Source: Nitrosopumilus sp. (GTDB lineage Archaea; Thermoproteota; Nitrososphaeria; Nitrososphaerales; Nitrosopumilaceae). Taken from it: a stretch of 64,000 nucleotides of DNA. The translations under genes and the position numbers were made by a program. The DNA lies in assembly GCA_965224195.1 (NCBI GenBank), contig OZ245040.1:992001-1056000 (forward strand). The letters run 5' to 3'. The notes beneath the pieces are model-generated. The model made no database searches. It saw only the letters and a program-made list of their open reading frames with translations, and had not been told where the DNA came from. Positions 31,679-42,226 of this stretch are shown here, piece by piece. The stretch's first letter is position 1. Each line of letters begins with the position of its first letter.

Positions 31679-31739
31679 TTATTCCCAAAATTGGAACGTT
31701 TGCTGTTGGTTTATATCAAAAATATTACTATCATATTAT

Positions 31740-31880
31740 ATGAGTAAACGTGTAACAATCATGATTGATGAGGATCTTGACAAAAAATTAAGATTTCGTC
31801 AAGCAAAAATGATACAGAAAAATCAAACTTCGTTTAGCTATTCTAAAACACTGAATGAAGCATTGCGAAAAACTCTATAA
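31740..31880 (+). CDS. 46-aa ribbon-helix-helix-like protein
   Basis: MSKRVTIMIDEDLDKKLRFRQAKMIQKNQTSFSYSKTLNEALRKTL; paralog at 35083. Confidence 0.8.
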   Translation: MSKRVTIMIDEDLDKKLRFRQAKMIQKNQTSFSYSKTLNEALRKTL

Positions 31881-31927
31881 TTTTGTACCTAAAATGATGA
31901 TTTTTTTTATGTTTTGAGAGATTTTTT

Positions 31928-32566
31928 TTATTTTAAATCTATGACTTTTTTGATTTTTTCTGATATCTCTGGCTTTTCATTTTGTTCTAGTAAAAATTTG
32001 AGATCCTCCATATTATCCACATCCCACATTATTCTTTTCACAAATACCATTGCAACATTGAGTGTATGCTCTTTTGCGGTGTTCATATGGATTTTGTAAC
32101 TGTCTTCATCATAATGGGTTTCCATCAAATCTATTGGCATTCTTGCCAATGCATTGGTCCCATCAAATCTTCTCGAAGGAACAATAATTGCAAAATTTGG
32201 GTGCATCTTATAGTTTAACATGAAATCAATATCTTGAGTTTTGATAAATGGGATATCTTGAGGAAACACAATTGATGCATCAAAATTGTTTTCTAAAAGA
32301 TATTTGTCCGCCAATGCTACTGCACTGTTTACGCTCTCTTCTTTTTCATCAATTATGGTGGTTGTGTTGAATTTTTTTCCAATTTCAATTGCTTTTGGTT
32401 CTTTAGTTACCATTACTGTTTTTTCAATTTGTGGTGAAATTGACAAAGTGTATAAAATTTCCTCTAACATTATTTTGCATAATTCTTCTACTTGTTGTTG
32501 AGATAAATCTAGACGTGTTTTAGCATTTAAGAAAGTCTTTACAGGAATAATTGCAGCTATTTTCAA
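31928..32566 (-). CDS. cofC: 2-phospho-L-lactate/PEP guanylyltransferase (F420 biosynthesis)
   Basis: IIPVK...AKTRL, DIP, DGTNAL, DVD..EDL; adjacent to cofD. Confidence 0.92.
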   Translation of the reverse strand: MKIAAIIPVKTFLNAKTRLDLSQQQVEELCKIMLEEILYTLSISPQIEKTVMVTKEPKAIEIGKKFNTTTIIDEKEESVNSAVALADKYLLENNFDASIVFPQDIPFIKTQDIDFMLNYKMHPNFAIIVPSRRFDGTNALARMPIDLMETHYDEDSYKIHMNTAKEHTLNVAMVFVKRIMWDVDNMEDLKFLLEQNEKPEISEKIKKVIDLK

Positions 32567-32567
32567 A

Positions 32568-33488
32568 TTACACGTGTACTTGTTTCAAAATGAAATTTGC
32601 TAATGCGTCTTCAGCAATTTTATTTTTCATAGTAATTTTTGTTTCAAAAACTTTCATATCTAAACTCTGAATTTTCTTTACCAAAGTTTTATCCTTTGGG
32701 TCCACGATGATATTTGCACATACGTCTGAATACATTTTTGCTAATCCATAAGCATTTGATTCGATTCCTGCAGCCTGCATGTATTTTGCTGCAGGCCCAC
32801 TAATTGCATTATCTCCAATCAATGGGCTGACTGCAACTACCTTCTTTTTTATTTTTGATAATTCTTTTCTAATCCCTTTGATTTGAAGCATAGGTCCAAT
32901 TGATGTTAGTGGATTCCCTGGTGCTAAAATTACCATATCTGCATCATGAATTGCATTTATTGCTTCAGGATTTGGACGAGCTTTATCTGCTCCGATATAT
33001 TGAATCCCTTCAATTGGATCTTTACCTCTATGTTTGACATGATATTCTTGTAAATGTAATTCTCCTTTATCTGTGGTAATCCTTGTTTCAATACTGTTAT
33101 CAGTAACTGGTATGATGTTTGCACTAACTGCAAATTTCTCACACATCCATTTTGTAATGTCACTTAGATTCTTTCCATTTTTCAACATGTTAGTTCTGAT
33201 TAAATGAGTGGCTGCATCTCTATCTCCTACTCTAAACCATGTTTCTTCCCCAAAAACTTCCATTTGACGTAAAAAGTTGAATGTATCTTTTTTCATCCCC
33301 CACCCTCTCTCTTGATCAAGTAAATCTGCTAATCCATACACTATAGTGTCAATATCTGGACAAACGTATAGTCCGTATAGCCAATAATTATCTCCAACAT
33401 TACTAATTACATTAACTTTGGATTCTTGGGCAACTAGACCTCTAACTAGCTTGACTGAACCTGTTCCACCTGCTAAGACTGTTATCAT
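32568..33488 (-). CDS. cofD: 2-phospho-L-lactate transferase
   Basis: LAGGTG, NVGD, CPDIDT, GDRD.ATH, NP.TSIGP, GPA. Confidence 0.95.
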   Translation of the reverse strand: MITVLAGGTGSVKLVRGLVAQESKVNVISNVGDNYWLYGLYVCPDIDTIVYGLADLLDQERGWGMKKDTFNFLRQMEVFGEETWFRVGDRDAATHLIRTNMLKNGKNLSDITKWMCEKFAVSANIIPVTDNSIETRITTDKGELHLQEYHVKHRGKDPIEGIQYIGADKARPNPEAINAIHDADMVILAPGNPLTSIGPMLQIKGIRKELSKIKKKVVAVSPLIGDNAISGPAAKYMQAAGIESNAYGLAKMYSDVCANIIVDPKDKTLVKKIQSLDMKVFETKITMKNKIAEDALANFILKQVHV

Positions 33489-33603
33489 ATCATATTCCTC
33501 TAAAACCGTATTTGCAGAGTTTGTTACTCAATATTACTTTTTCAAAAATTACCGATCTAGATATTTTGGATAAGTTTATTAGCGTAATTTCAGGGATTCA
33601 CTC

Positions 33604-34968
33604 GTGTCTAGGGCTGTAATATTGTCTGTTTTGCTAGCAACTCTTATTGTTGTTGGTACTAGTACTCCAGTTTGGGCAGCCCAATTAGATGCAAGAATTA
33701 ATCCTAACACTGAAACTTCTCCATTCAAAATAACATATCTAAAAACTGTCTTCATTGAATATCCAAAAGGCGGAAATCTTTTTGATGAATTACAAGGAAA
33801 AGAATGGACTGTAGGTGGAACTGCTGATTTTTCAAATCCTGGAGTTCAAGCCCTTATGGCTGAATTAAATCGTAATATTGCTAATGATGGTAGCCAAGTA
33901 CAAATTGATGACTTGAATGTAACTTATGACTATCATCTTAAATTTAGAAACATCAATACTTCAATTGATTACCGTGTACTTTTAGAGGGAACTTTGAGTA
34001 ATTATGTAATCACTGATGATGGTCAAAGATCTTTAGTTGATTTGGGTTGGAGAGCATTGTCTACAGATAAAGAAATTGTAATTGATGGCATTGAAATTAA
34101 TATTCCAATTAATATTTTAAGAGATAATGAACCAGAAGTATACACGTACTTTGCTGGAACTGAAGCAGAAGAAGTTTTAGGCAAACATCTTATCAATGCT
34201 GATTTTATTTTAGAACAACCATTAACTAACTGGCATTTTCTATTTGATCCAACTGGAATTAATGTGGATGCCGGAACTTTTGGACTAGATGATGAAATCT
34301 CTGGATTCGTTATATCTTCATGGACCATGGGTGAAAGTAGTATCAGAGAAGGTAGACAAGTTGAAAAAGTCTTTGAAGCAGAAATAATGGCTGATCAATT
34401 ATATATTGTTAGAAGTGTTCAATCATCTGATCAAGCAAACTTGTCCACTATAGGATTTGGTGCTTTAGATAGTTTAGATGGTGTTGAAATTGTAGGTGTA
34501 ACGCCAACTCCCCCGGAAGATTATATGACTACATCCACTGGTAATTTCCCTGTAATGATAATTTATGGTATGGCTGCAATAGCTGCTATTGCCGGTATTG
34601 GATTTTTCTTTATTAGTAGCAGATCTCTCAAAAATGAGTCAACCGAACAATCAGGAATTGATCCTAGTAGATTACAAGGTTATGAGACCAGTGCCTCTTC
34701 TGGTGGTTATCAAACCAATAGAGGTGAGGCTCAACTAAAAGATGATAGTGATTATCAACAAACACGAAGTCATTATGATGAACCTTCACAACAAAGTCCG
34801 CCACCACAAGCAACCCCTTCTTCTCAGGATGAAGCAGCATGTGGATGTGCAGCATCTGCTGAAATGGGTTCAGAATGTGATTGTGCAATGCAAGGTGCTT
34901 GTCTTTGTGATGGAACATGTAGATGTGGCGCAGATATCTGTAAAGAACAAGTTAAATCAATGAGTTAA
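33604..34968 (+). CDS. Single-pass membrane protein with C-terminal Cys-rich (metallothionein-like) tail
   Basis: Signal peptide, TM near aa 317-340, tail CGC...CDC...CLC..CRC...C. Confidence 0.8.
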   Translation: MSRAVILSVLLATLIVVGTSTPVWAAQLDARINPNTETSPFKITYLKTVFIEYPKGGNLFDELQGKEWTVGGTADFSNPGVQALMAELNRNIANDGSQVQIDDLNVTYDYHLKFRNINTSIDYRVLLEGTLSNYVITDDGQRSLVDLGWRALSTDKEIVIDGIEINIPINILRDNEPEVYTYFAGTEAEEVLGKHLINADFILEQPLTNWHFLFDPTGINVDAGTFGLDDEISGFVISSWTMGESSIREGRQVEKVFEAEIMADQLYIVRSVQSSDQANLSTIGFGALDSLDGVEIVGVTPTPPEDYMTTSTGNFPVMIIYGMAAIAAIAGIGFFFISSRSLKNESTEQSGIDPSRLQGYETSASSGGYQTNRGEAQLKDDSDYQQTRSHYDEPSQQSPPPQATPSSQDEAACGCAASAEMGSECDCAMQGACLCDGTCRCGADICKEQVKSMS

Positions 34969-35082
34969 TCTTAGTCTCAATTCTTAATGTTTCCAGAAAT
35001 GGGATTATTCACGGTGTTTAATGTTTTTGTTAAAAAATTGTTTTCTCATTATTTAAAATAGTAGACATTTCATTAATTTGGT

Positions 35083-35226
35083 ATGTCTGAGAGACTTACC
35101 ATTATGCTCAATAGTGATATTGCAAAGAAACTTCGATCTTTACAGGCAAAGAAAATTAAAGAATCCTCATCCACTGTGAGTTTTTCTAGAATTGTAAATG
35201 AAGTATTAGAAAAAGGCTTAAAATAA
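35083..35226 (+). CDS. 47-aa ribbon-helix-helix-like protein
   Basis: MSERLTIMLNSDIAKKLRSLQAKKIKESSSTVSFSRIVNEVLEKGLK. Confidence 0.8.
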   Translation: MSERLTIMLNSDIAKKLRSLQAKKIKESSSTVSFSRIVNEVLEKGLK

Positions 35227-35384
35227 TTTTAGTTTTTTTCTTTTTTATGGATTGTCCTTATGTGTCTGTCTAAGTGTCCTTCTCCTGCAAGATGTTTTTT
35301 ACAATGTGGACACAATTCTTTTCACCATTTTCGATATTCATACTTTTTATGAATTTCATATATTAATTACACTAAAATTAAAAA

Positions 35385-35667
35385 ATGTGTGCTGGGAGTA
35401 ACCCTCCTTCTGTTTTCACGATATTTCGCTTTGCAGCCTACCTGAACTTAGTACAGGAACTATTAGTTCTGTTTGGCTTTGCTCCATGTGGGTCGTCTTT
35501 TTCATTCCTTTTATGGAAACCTCAGGTTTTGCCATCATAGTGCGCCATATTGGATTATTTTCTGCTCCGTTGCCAACCATCTCTGATTATCTATCTCCAG
35601 ATCACATTTCCTGTATGGAGGGAGGAGTTTCCTCTGCCGTAGCAGCGTGTCGTGCTCCAGCTCACAT
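35385..35667 (-). ncRNA. rnpB: RNase P RNA
   Basis: Minus strand: GAGGAAACUCC (CR-I/P4) near the 5' end, AAACAGAAGGAGGGUUA (CR-V) near the 3' end, terminal P1 GUGAGCUGGAG/CUCCCAGCACAC. Confidence 0.93.
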
Positions 35668-35698
35668 GAATAATGTATTTTGTTATGGGATTTGAGTA

Positions 35699-36328
35699 TT
35701 ACTTTTCAGGTTTTGTGCCTATGATGAACAATGTACCGTGTTCTCTTTTCCATTTCTTTTTGTTTTTCAAATCTTTGATATTTTTTGTTTTTACATTAAA
35801 GCCTATATTTGTGAAAAATTCTTTCCACTCTTTTTTTGAATGTAAATGCATCTGGATTTTCATTATTCCTGCCCATCTTGCAGTTGCCTTGTTGTCTGTA
35901 TAAAAATCGGTGCCACAGAAAAATTGTCCTCCGGGCTTTAATGATTTGTATATTTTCTCAAGTGCAATTTCTATAGAATTTGCATAGTAAAGTGATTCCA
36001 TTGAAAAAATGAAATTAAATTTTCCTCTATATTTCATTGATTCTATATCTGTGTGGATAAATCCTTCTTTTTTACTTTCTATCTTTTTTTTAGCCTGGAT
36101 GATCATTTTTTTACTTTTATCGATACCGATGGATTTTTTACAACTCTCTACTTTTGCAATTTTTCTTACTACCCACCCATTCCCACAACCTACATCTAAA
36201 AATGTAAATGGTTTATCAAATGATATTGATTCTAAAAATTTTAAAACATTTTTTCCATGTTCTTCTTCCATAAGTTCTGCTCTTCCATTTTGAGCCCATT
36301 TGTCAAATGTTTTCCTAACTTCATCCAT
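35699..36328 (-). CDS. Class I SAM-dependent methyltransferase
   Basis: FLDVGCGNG, LKPGG. Confidence 0.9.
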   Translation of the reverse strand: MDEVRKTFDKWAQNGRAELMEEEHGKNVLKFLESISFDKPFTFLDVGCGNGWVVRKIAKVESCKKSIGIDKSKKMIIQAKKKIESKKEGFIHTDIESMKYRGKFNFIFSMESLYYANSIEIALEKIYKSLKPGGQFFCGTDFYTDNKATARWAGIMKIQMHLHSKKEWKEFFTNIGFNVKTKNIKDLKNKKKWKREHGTLFIIGTKPEK

Positions 36329-36438
36329 ACTCTTTGACTATTTTGTTTCAATTATAATCTTCTTCTCACTGAGCTATACGATGAACAATTTCTTCGTATT
36401 TCTTATATTTAATTTTTAATTATTTATTTTGAATATAA

Positions 36439-36654
36439 TTGCCTGATGAATCATGTCGAAATTGTGGTGGAAGGTTGCATGAGAATACAAAATGTTCTCA
36501 ATGCTTCAAATCTAACAGTATGATCTGTAATGAATGTTCGACAATTACTCTAGTGCAATTTCATTCATTTTGTATGTCTTACCAGACCGACCAAACCAAC
36601 TCTGTGCTCCAAATTAAGTCTGGCAACCATTCAATGACGGTTGTCATGGCTTAA
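36439..36654 (+). CDS. Small multi-CxxC zinc-binding protein
   Basis: CRNCG, CSQC, CNEC, HSFC. Confidence 0.7.
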   Translation: MPDESCRNCGGRLHENTKCSQCFKSNSMICNECSTITLVQFHSFCMSYQTDQTNSVLQIKSGNHSMTVVMA

Positions 36655-36731
36655 TTTATCAAAATCATTCAAAATATTTCATATCATAGCTGCTCAAGTT
36701 TTAAGTAGGATGTGCCTCGATTTGTATTCTT

Positions 36732-39689
36732 ATGAGTCGAATACCAGTCGTTTTGAGCCTATTTGTTATACTTTTGATGCCTGTATATGCATCAGCTCAA
36801 ACTCCTGACCGAATTACAATGCTTGAAAATTTTGGTGGTTACGAGAGTGGTGAGCCTTTGTTTGTCTATGGACAAATTGCAAATCTTTTAGATGATTCTT
36901 TTTTGATCATGCAAATCATTAATCCTCAAGGAGATTTGTGTCAAATTCAACAATTAATGCCATTGTCAAATGGCGCTTTCATCACTGATGTTATTCCTTT
37001 GAAGGGTAGAATTTGCGGTATTTCTGGAGAATATGAAATAAAGTTATTCTATGGTGATTATTCAAAATCCACCACATTCACTGTTTCATCTGATTCTTTT
37101 TCAGAACCTGATAAAGAACAAATGATTTTGTCTGCACAAAACTTGATATTCTCTCACAGTGATGTAGTTGGAAAATTGTTTGACATCTCTCCTCCTATCT
37201 CTAATTCTACTTCAAATGATTTATCTCAACTAGAATCTGATTTTGTAGGTTTATGGAATGAATTCTTTGTAGATGATTTAATAATTGAAATTGATCCTTT
37301 GATTAGACCCGCCGTATCTTCATCATTAGATTCAGTCCAAAAATTATTAGATGATGATGAAGTTTCTTTTGAAATAGCAAAATCAATAGATGAAACCATT
37401 TTTGGATCTATTTTTTATTATGAAATTGGAGATAAAACTAAAGCAATTGATTTGTTAACTGATGCATTCGTAGATGTAAAAAATGTAAATCCTGAAAAAG
37501 TTACAAATCAAAGAGCCCCAACTTTTGATGAATTAGAAGAGACCCTTTTGAATTTGATGAAAAAGTCTGATACAGTAATGAGCAAATCTGTAAAAACTGA
37601 GGTTGGATTTATTTTTGCAAGAGGGACTGCTCCTGTATTTTCAGATGAAATTGGTGAACTGATCGATGTACTTTCAAAATCTCGATATCTTGATGTAGTT
37701 TCTAGAAAACAAAGTGATCTTTATCGTCTAGTCCAAAGTGATTGGGAATCCTTGAAGCCCTCTCTAATGGCAAAAGATTCTATCGATGAATTAATTTCAT
37801 CATCAATACGGGTTACAGAATTACATCAGGCAGCCATTCTTTTACGAGCATTAGACAATGTTGATGGATTCATTTCTTCTGATTCTGAAGAAAACAGCGA
37901 TCTCACAAATCTAATTCAACCTAATTGGAATGCATTAGAGCGTGATTTGGCATTAGCCAGCTCAGTAGAAGATATTCTAGAATCTGAATCAAAAATCAAT
38001 CAAATGGTCCAAGTCATAGATATCTCATCCAGAATTAGTAAGAGCGTTGAGATTTCTCAATCTGCTGGTGTGGCATCCCCGCTAGTTGATAATTGGAAAT
38101 TACTTTTAGAAAGAGCTGATGATGCCGATTCTATCGATGATATTTTAGAAATTGTTTCTGAGTTTGATCAATCAATGACTGAATTAAGAGAGAAGAGAAA
38201 TCCTTTGACAGTTTTAGAATTTCAATATAAATCTATGAAAGAAAAGGCTGAACTTCAAGCTGATTATGAAAATCTATTTTTAATTGATAATGCATTAAGG
38301 ATTTTGAACACTGCTAAACAAATGGAATCTGGAAATCCCTCAATCACTAGAATTGATAGAATCGAAGTGCTATTGAGTTGGATTAGTGATATGTCTTCAA
38401 AAATTCAAAGTGATTTAGATTCTTACAGTAAGGATGCTTACAAAATACGTGCAAGTGATATTTTACAACGTGCAAAATCTCTTGAAAATTTAGTTGAATT
38501 GAGTTTAACTAAAAATCGATTCCTTCCAAATTATATTGAATTTACTGAAACATTTAATGAACAAATTGACAATGTTCGAGATCTTGTAATTAAAAATGAT
38601 CTTGATCAAGCTGATAAATTAGTTCGTGATTTATTTGATGAATGGAGTTTAGTGTCACAAGCATATACTGATGATCCTTTAGGTTCAGATATTGGTTATA
38701 CAGCAGATGAAATCAAACGAATTGAATTCCGTAAAAAATTAGATACTTTCTCATACATGGTTTCTACTTTTTACAATACCGGATTTTCTGAACATGTTGA
38801 TAAATATAATGTCCTGATGGCTGACGCTGATCACATGATCAAATTGGCAAATTTTGTTGATGCTGAATCAAAGATTTTAGAAATTGGTGACTATCTTAGT
38901 GAATATTTGGCTCTACACAATGACAGTATTATCTACGATATTTCATTTGATGCTGAAAAAGACATTTGGGTGATTAATGGTGCTACTGAAAAATCTGTTT
39001 TTGACAGACGTGAAAACCTCTATGTTACTGTGTATAATATGGATGGAACTACACACAGCAGTCTAGAATTCACTGATACAAAACAAGGTAATTTCTTCAC
39101 TCAATGGATTGCTCCTGCTGATCCTGGACTATATGTTGTAATGTTACAATACAAAGATTCCAAAGCATCCCAAATCGTTCATGTTGAGGATAACTTTGAT
39201 TATGAATACAATGCTGCTGATTTGAGTATGGTTGATTTGGCACGTGAATTTAAAGAATTAGAATCATTTGCTGAAAAATTCGGTGGTGAGAATTATTCTG
39301 AAAACCCTCGATTTGCATCAGTAATTAATGAAATTGAATTTGCGTTCAAAGATAAAGATGCAGAAGATGTGGATAACAATCTAAAAGAATTGAAAACTAT
39401 CATTGAACGATATCTTCCAGTTAGATCTCGTGTTGCTGTGGTTGAAGCCATTTATGATGATGATAAATTGATTGTTTCTGGCGCTGTTCAAAAAACTCTT
39501 GCATTTAGAGAAGATTTGTTTGTAGATGTTTATGATCAAAGAGGTAACTTGGTTGAAGAAATTGCATTAAAGGATAATTCATCTGGGTTATTTACAGAAG
39601 TTGTTTTACGAGAATTTGATTCTGGTGTATATGTAACTCAGTTACAATATCATGATGTAATAGTGACTGACTTTTTTAATGTGAAATAA
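36732..39689 (+). CDS. Large secreted protein (Ig-like plus helical domains)
   Basis: Signal peptide (VYASA); acidic 985-aa ORF. Confidence 0.8.
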   Translation: MSRIPVVLSLFVILLMPVYASAQTPDRITMLENFGGYESGEPLFVYGQIANLLDDSFLIMQIINPQGDLCQIQQLMPLSNGAFITDVIPLKGRICGISGEYEIKLFYGDYSKSTTFTVSSDSFSEPDKEQMILSAQNLIFSHSDVVGKLFDISPPISNSTSNDLSQLESDFVGLWNEFFVDDLIIEIDPLIRPAVSSSLDSVQKLLDDDEVSFEIAKSIDETIFGSIFYYEIGDKTKAIDLLTDAFVDVKNVNPEKVTNQRAPTFDELEETLLNLMKKSDTVMSKSVKTEVGFIFARGTAPVFSDEIGELIDVLSKSRYLDVVSRKQSDLYRLVQSDWESLKPSLMAKDSIDELISSSIRVTELHQAAILLRALDNVDGFISSDSEENSDLTNLIQPNWNALERDLALASSVEDILESESKINQMVQVIDISSRISKSVEISQSAGVASPLVDNWKLLLERADDADSIDDILEIVSEFDQSMTELREKRNPLTVLEFQYKSMKEKAELQADYENLFLIDNALRILNTAKQMESGNPSITRIDRIEVLLSWISDMSSKIQSDLDSYSKDAYKIRASDILQRAKSLENLVELSLTKNRFLPNYIEFTETFNEQIDNVRDLVIKNDLDQADKLVRDLFDEWSLVSQAYTDDPLGSDIGYTADEIKRIEFRKKLDTFSYMVSTFYNTGFSEHVDKYNVLMADADHMIKLANFVDAESKILEIGDYLSEYLALHNDSIIYDISFDAEKDIWVINGATEKSVFDRRENLYVTVYNMDGTTHSSLEFTDTKQGNFFTQWIAPADPGLYVVMLQYKDSKASQIVHVEDNFDYEYNAADLSMVDLAREFKELESFAEKFGGENYSENPRFASVINEIEFAFKDKDAEDVDNNLKELKTIIERYLPVRSRVAVVEAIYDDDKLIVSGAVQKTLAFREDLFVDVYDQRGNLVEEIALKDNSSGLFTEVVLREFDSGVYVTQLQYHDVIVTDFFNVK

Positions 39690-40904
39690 TTATTTTTTAC
39701 CCTTTACTAAATTGAAGAGTTGTCTGACTGCTAGCTTTGGATGATGCGTTGCTAGTTTGATCATGTTTGATAAACCAAAATCTGCTTTGATAAAGTCAAT
39801 GAATTCCTCTGGTCTTAATTCTTTGATGATGTCTAGTTCTTTATCCCATTCTTCATCTGTTAGGCCAATCCACCTGTCTTGAACTTTACCTGCAGAATTA
39901 ATTTTTGACTCTATTTCTTTTCTCCAGTTTTCTTCATAAGGATAGAGTGATTTTTTGTCTGTGTTTCCTGATTTTATTGCATCTGAAGCTACTTTTCCTG
40001 CTATCCTTCCAAACTTTATCGCATATCTTATGCCTTCTAATACTAACGGGTTTGCTTGACCTGCTGAATCTCCCACTAGAATCAAATTATTGAAAACTGT
40101 TTTTCTAGACAATCCATCATTTGGAATTAACCCGTAATGAAATTCAATTTCAGTCAAATTCCCTAGTTTTTTTATTGGCCCTAACTTTTTCTCTATGATT
40201 TCTTTGAGTCTTTGAGTTGGGTCTACATTTGATTCTGGTTTCCCAACACCTACTCCAATTCTAACCGTGTTGTTCCCTAATGGAAATATCCATGCGTATC
40301 CTGTAGGGGAGTATTCTTGTCCTACCATCAACCACCATGTTTCAGAATCTACATTTTCTACTTTCATTTCGTATTCAGCTCCTGCACCAAATCTTTCCCA
40401 TTGAGGTGCAAATCCCATTGCTTTACAAACTGTTGATTGAAATCCACTTGCATCAATTACTACTTTAGCATGAAATGTTGTTTCTCCATTTGGTCCAACA
40501 CCGCTTACTCCTACAATGTCACCTTTTTCATTTTTAATTACATTTTTGATATTTGTTTTCACAAAAATATCTGCACCAATATTTTCTGCTTCGTTTGCTA
40601 ACCATCGATATGTTTTTCTTACATCTAATACTGCAGCTCTTGGAACCGTATCGCTAATTGTGACTTCGTTATTAGGAGAACAAAATGAAAAATTCTTGAT
40701 TGGATTAAAACAATCATCTGGAATTCCAAATTCCTTAATATTTTGAATCCATGTTACCCCACTGGTTCTTACAGTTTCTGCAATGGTGTTTTCTTTTTCA
40801 AGCAAGGCTACATTGATTCCCTTCTTTGCAGCAGTAAATGCGGCTGATGACCCTGCAGGCCCTCCTCCTACAATAACTAAATCATAATGATGTTCTTCTG
40901 GCAA
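39690..40904 (-). CDS. Geranylgeranyl reductase-family FAD oxidoreductase
   Basis: GGGPAG, IDASG, GYAWIFP, VGDSAG..NP...EGI. Confidence 0.9.
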   Translation of the reverse strand: MPEEHHYDLVIVGGGPAGSSAAFTAAKKGINVALLEKENTIAETVRTSGVTWIQNIKEFGIPDDCFNPIKNFSFCSPNNEVTISDTVPRAAVLDVRKTYRWLANEAENIGADIFVKTNIKNVIKNEKGDIVGVSGVGPNGETTFHAKVVIDASGFQSTVCKAMGFAPQWERFGAGAEYEMKVENVDSETWWLMVGQEYSPTGYAWIFPLGNNTVRIGVGVGKPESNVDPTQRLKEIIEKKLGPIKKLGNLTEIEFHYGLIPNDGLSRKTVFNNLILVGDSAGQANPLVLEGIRYAIKFGRIAGKVASDAIKSGNTDKKSLYPYEENWRKEIESKINSAGKVQDRWIGLTDEEWDKELDIIKELRPEEFIDFIKADFGLSNMIKLATHHPKLAVRQLFNLVKGKK

Positions 40905-40954
40905 TTACTTTGAATGATAAATACCTAGGATATAATTTTGAGGAATGATGTTTG

Positions 40955-41165
40955 TTATTTTTTTAATACTGGAGTACCTGTTGTATCATTTTCTCTTTCT
41001 GAATCAAAAGTTTCCATGTGTGCTGGATCTCTATGCATGAAACTGTGTGTTTCTCCCTCTGTTTTTCTACAGAATTTTGAGTGAACTGTCTCTTCAATTT
41101 TTAATGTAGTTTCATTTTCGTGAAATATCCGTTTACCACAGTCTGGACATGTAAATTCAGGCATA
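40955..41165 (-). CDS. Small Zn-finger-like protein
   Basis: MPEFTCPDCGK...H..FC. Confidence 0.65.
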
Positions 41166-41263
41166 AATCCCGTCAGTATCAAATCTATTTAGATGTTTCA
41201 TACTTTTGGCGAATAATTCCTTCTCAACCCAAACTTTAGATGTTTATTCATTTGTTGTAAAAC

Positions 41264-41380
41264 ATGGATGAATCTGAACTTGGATCTTTTTTCATGTGGT
41301 CTGTTATTACAGGAATTATTATGCTAGTTACTGGATTCAGCTATAGAGTATATTCTAAAAAGAACAAAATCTCTACTTGA
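41264..41380 (+). CDS. 38-aa single-TM microprotein
   Basis: MDESELGSFFMWSVITGIIMLVTGFSYRVYSKKNKIST. Confidence 0.55.
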   Translation: MDESELGSFFMWSVITGIIMLVTGFSYRVYSKKNKIST

Positions 41381-41399
41381 GATTATTTAAAATCTAATG

Positions 41400-42161
41400 T
41401 TATCCTTCTGAAGCTGTTTTGCCGCCATCTACATTCAAAATAGTTCCTGTAACCCAGTTTGCCTCATCAGATGCTAAATAAAGAACTGCATTTGCAACAT
41501 CTACTGGTTCTCCAACTCTTGCAAGAGGTAATCTTTCTTCTAACACTTTTCTTGCTTGAGGATCATCAAGATATGGTTTTATCATTCCTGAATTAATAAT
41601 TCCTGGATTTACACAATTACATCTTATGTTTCGTCTTGCATATTCTACTGCAATTGATTTTGTAAACATGGATATTGCAGCTTTGGTAGATGAATAAACT
41701 GCCAAGTGAACTCTTGGTATTGCTCTTTCACTTGAAATTGAGCCTACATTTACTATTGCTCCATTTTTAACATCTGACATCTTTGATAGGACTGCTTTTG
41801 TCATATGAAATACTCCTAACAAGTTTACATCAATTAGTTTTTTAATTTCAGAATCCTGCATTTCGTGAAAATGTATTGGGTCATTAATTGCTCCTGCATT
41901 ATTTACCAAAATGTCTATCTCACCATAGGTGTCCATAATCTGATTTACTGCTTGTAATACTTGGGATTCATCAGTTAAATCACATGAAATTGAGGCTGTT
42001 GATTCTTCATTACCTATCTCTTTTCTAGTTGCCTCTAATTGTTCCAAATTCCTTGCGACTAGGATTACTTTGGCTCCTTCTTCTGCAAATCTCTTGGCAA
42101 TACCTTTCCCAATATCACTTGATGCCCCTGTAACGATTACAATTTTTTCATTTAATCGCAT
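41400..42161 (-). CDS. Short-chain dehydrogenase/reductase
   Basis: [22 protein letters not shown]. Confidence 0.93.
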   Translation of the reverse strand: MRLNEKIVIVTGASSDIGKGIAKRFAEEGAKVILVARNLEQLEATRKEIGNEESTASISCDLTDESQVLQAVNQIMDTYGEIDILVNNAGAINDPIHFHEMQDSEIKKLIDVNLLGVFHMTKAVLSKMSDVKNGAIVNVGSISSERAIPRVHLAVYSSTKAAISMFTKSIAVEYARRNIRCNCVNPGIINSGMIKPYLDDPQARKVLEERLPLARVGEPVDVANAVLYLASDEANWVTGTILNVDGGKTASEG

Positions 42162-42226
42162 AATATTGCATTGTTATCATAACTTATAGAATTTTTGTTG
42201 AATTCTATTCGTGATTTTATTTGTTT

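Noticed and set aside
35229-35328. Tiny C2H2 finger (ELCPHCKKHLAGEGHLDRHIRTIH) on the minus strand
   Set aside because: Its likely ATG is out of frame; too short to call as more than a possible pseudogene
35486-35903. Plus-strand ORFs 35486-35695 and 35673-35903
   Set aside because: Antisense to RNase P RNA and the methyltransferase gene
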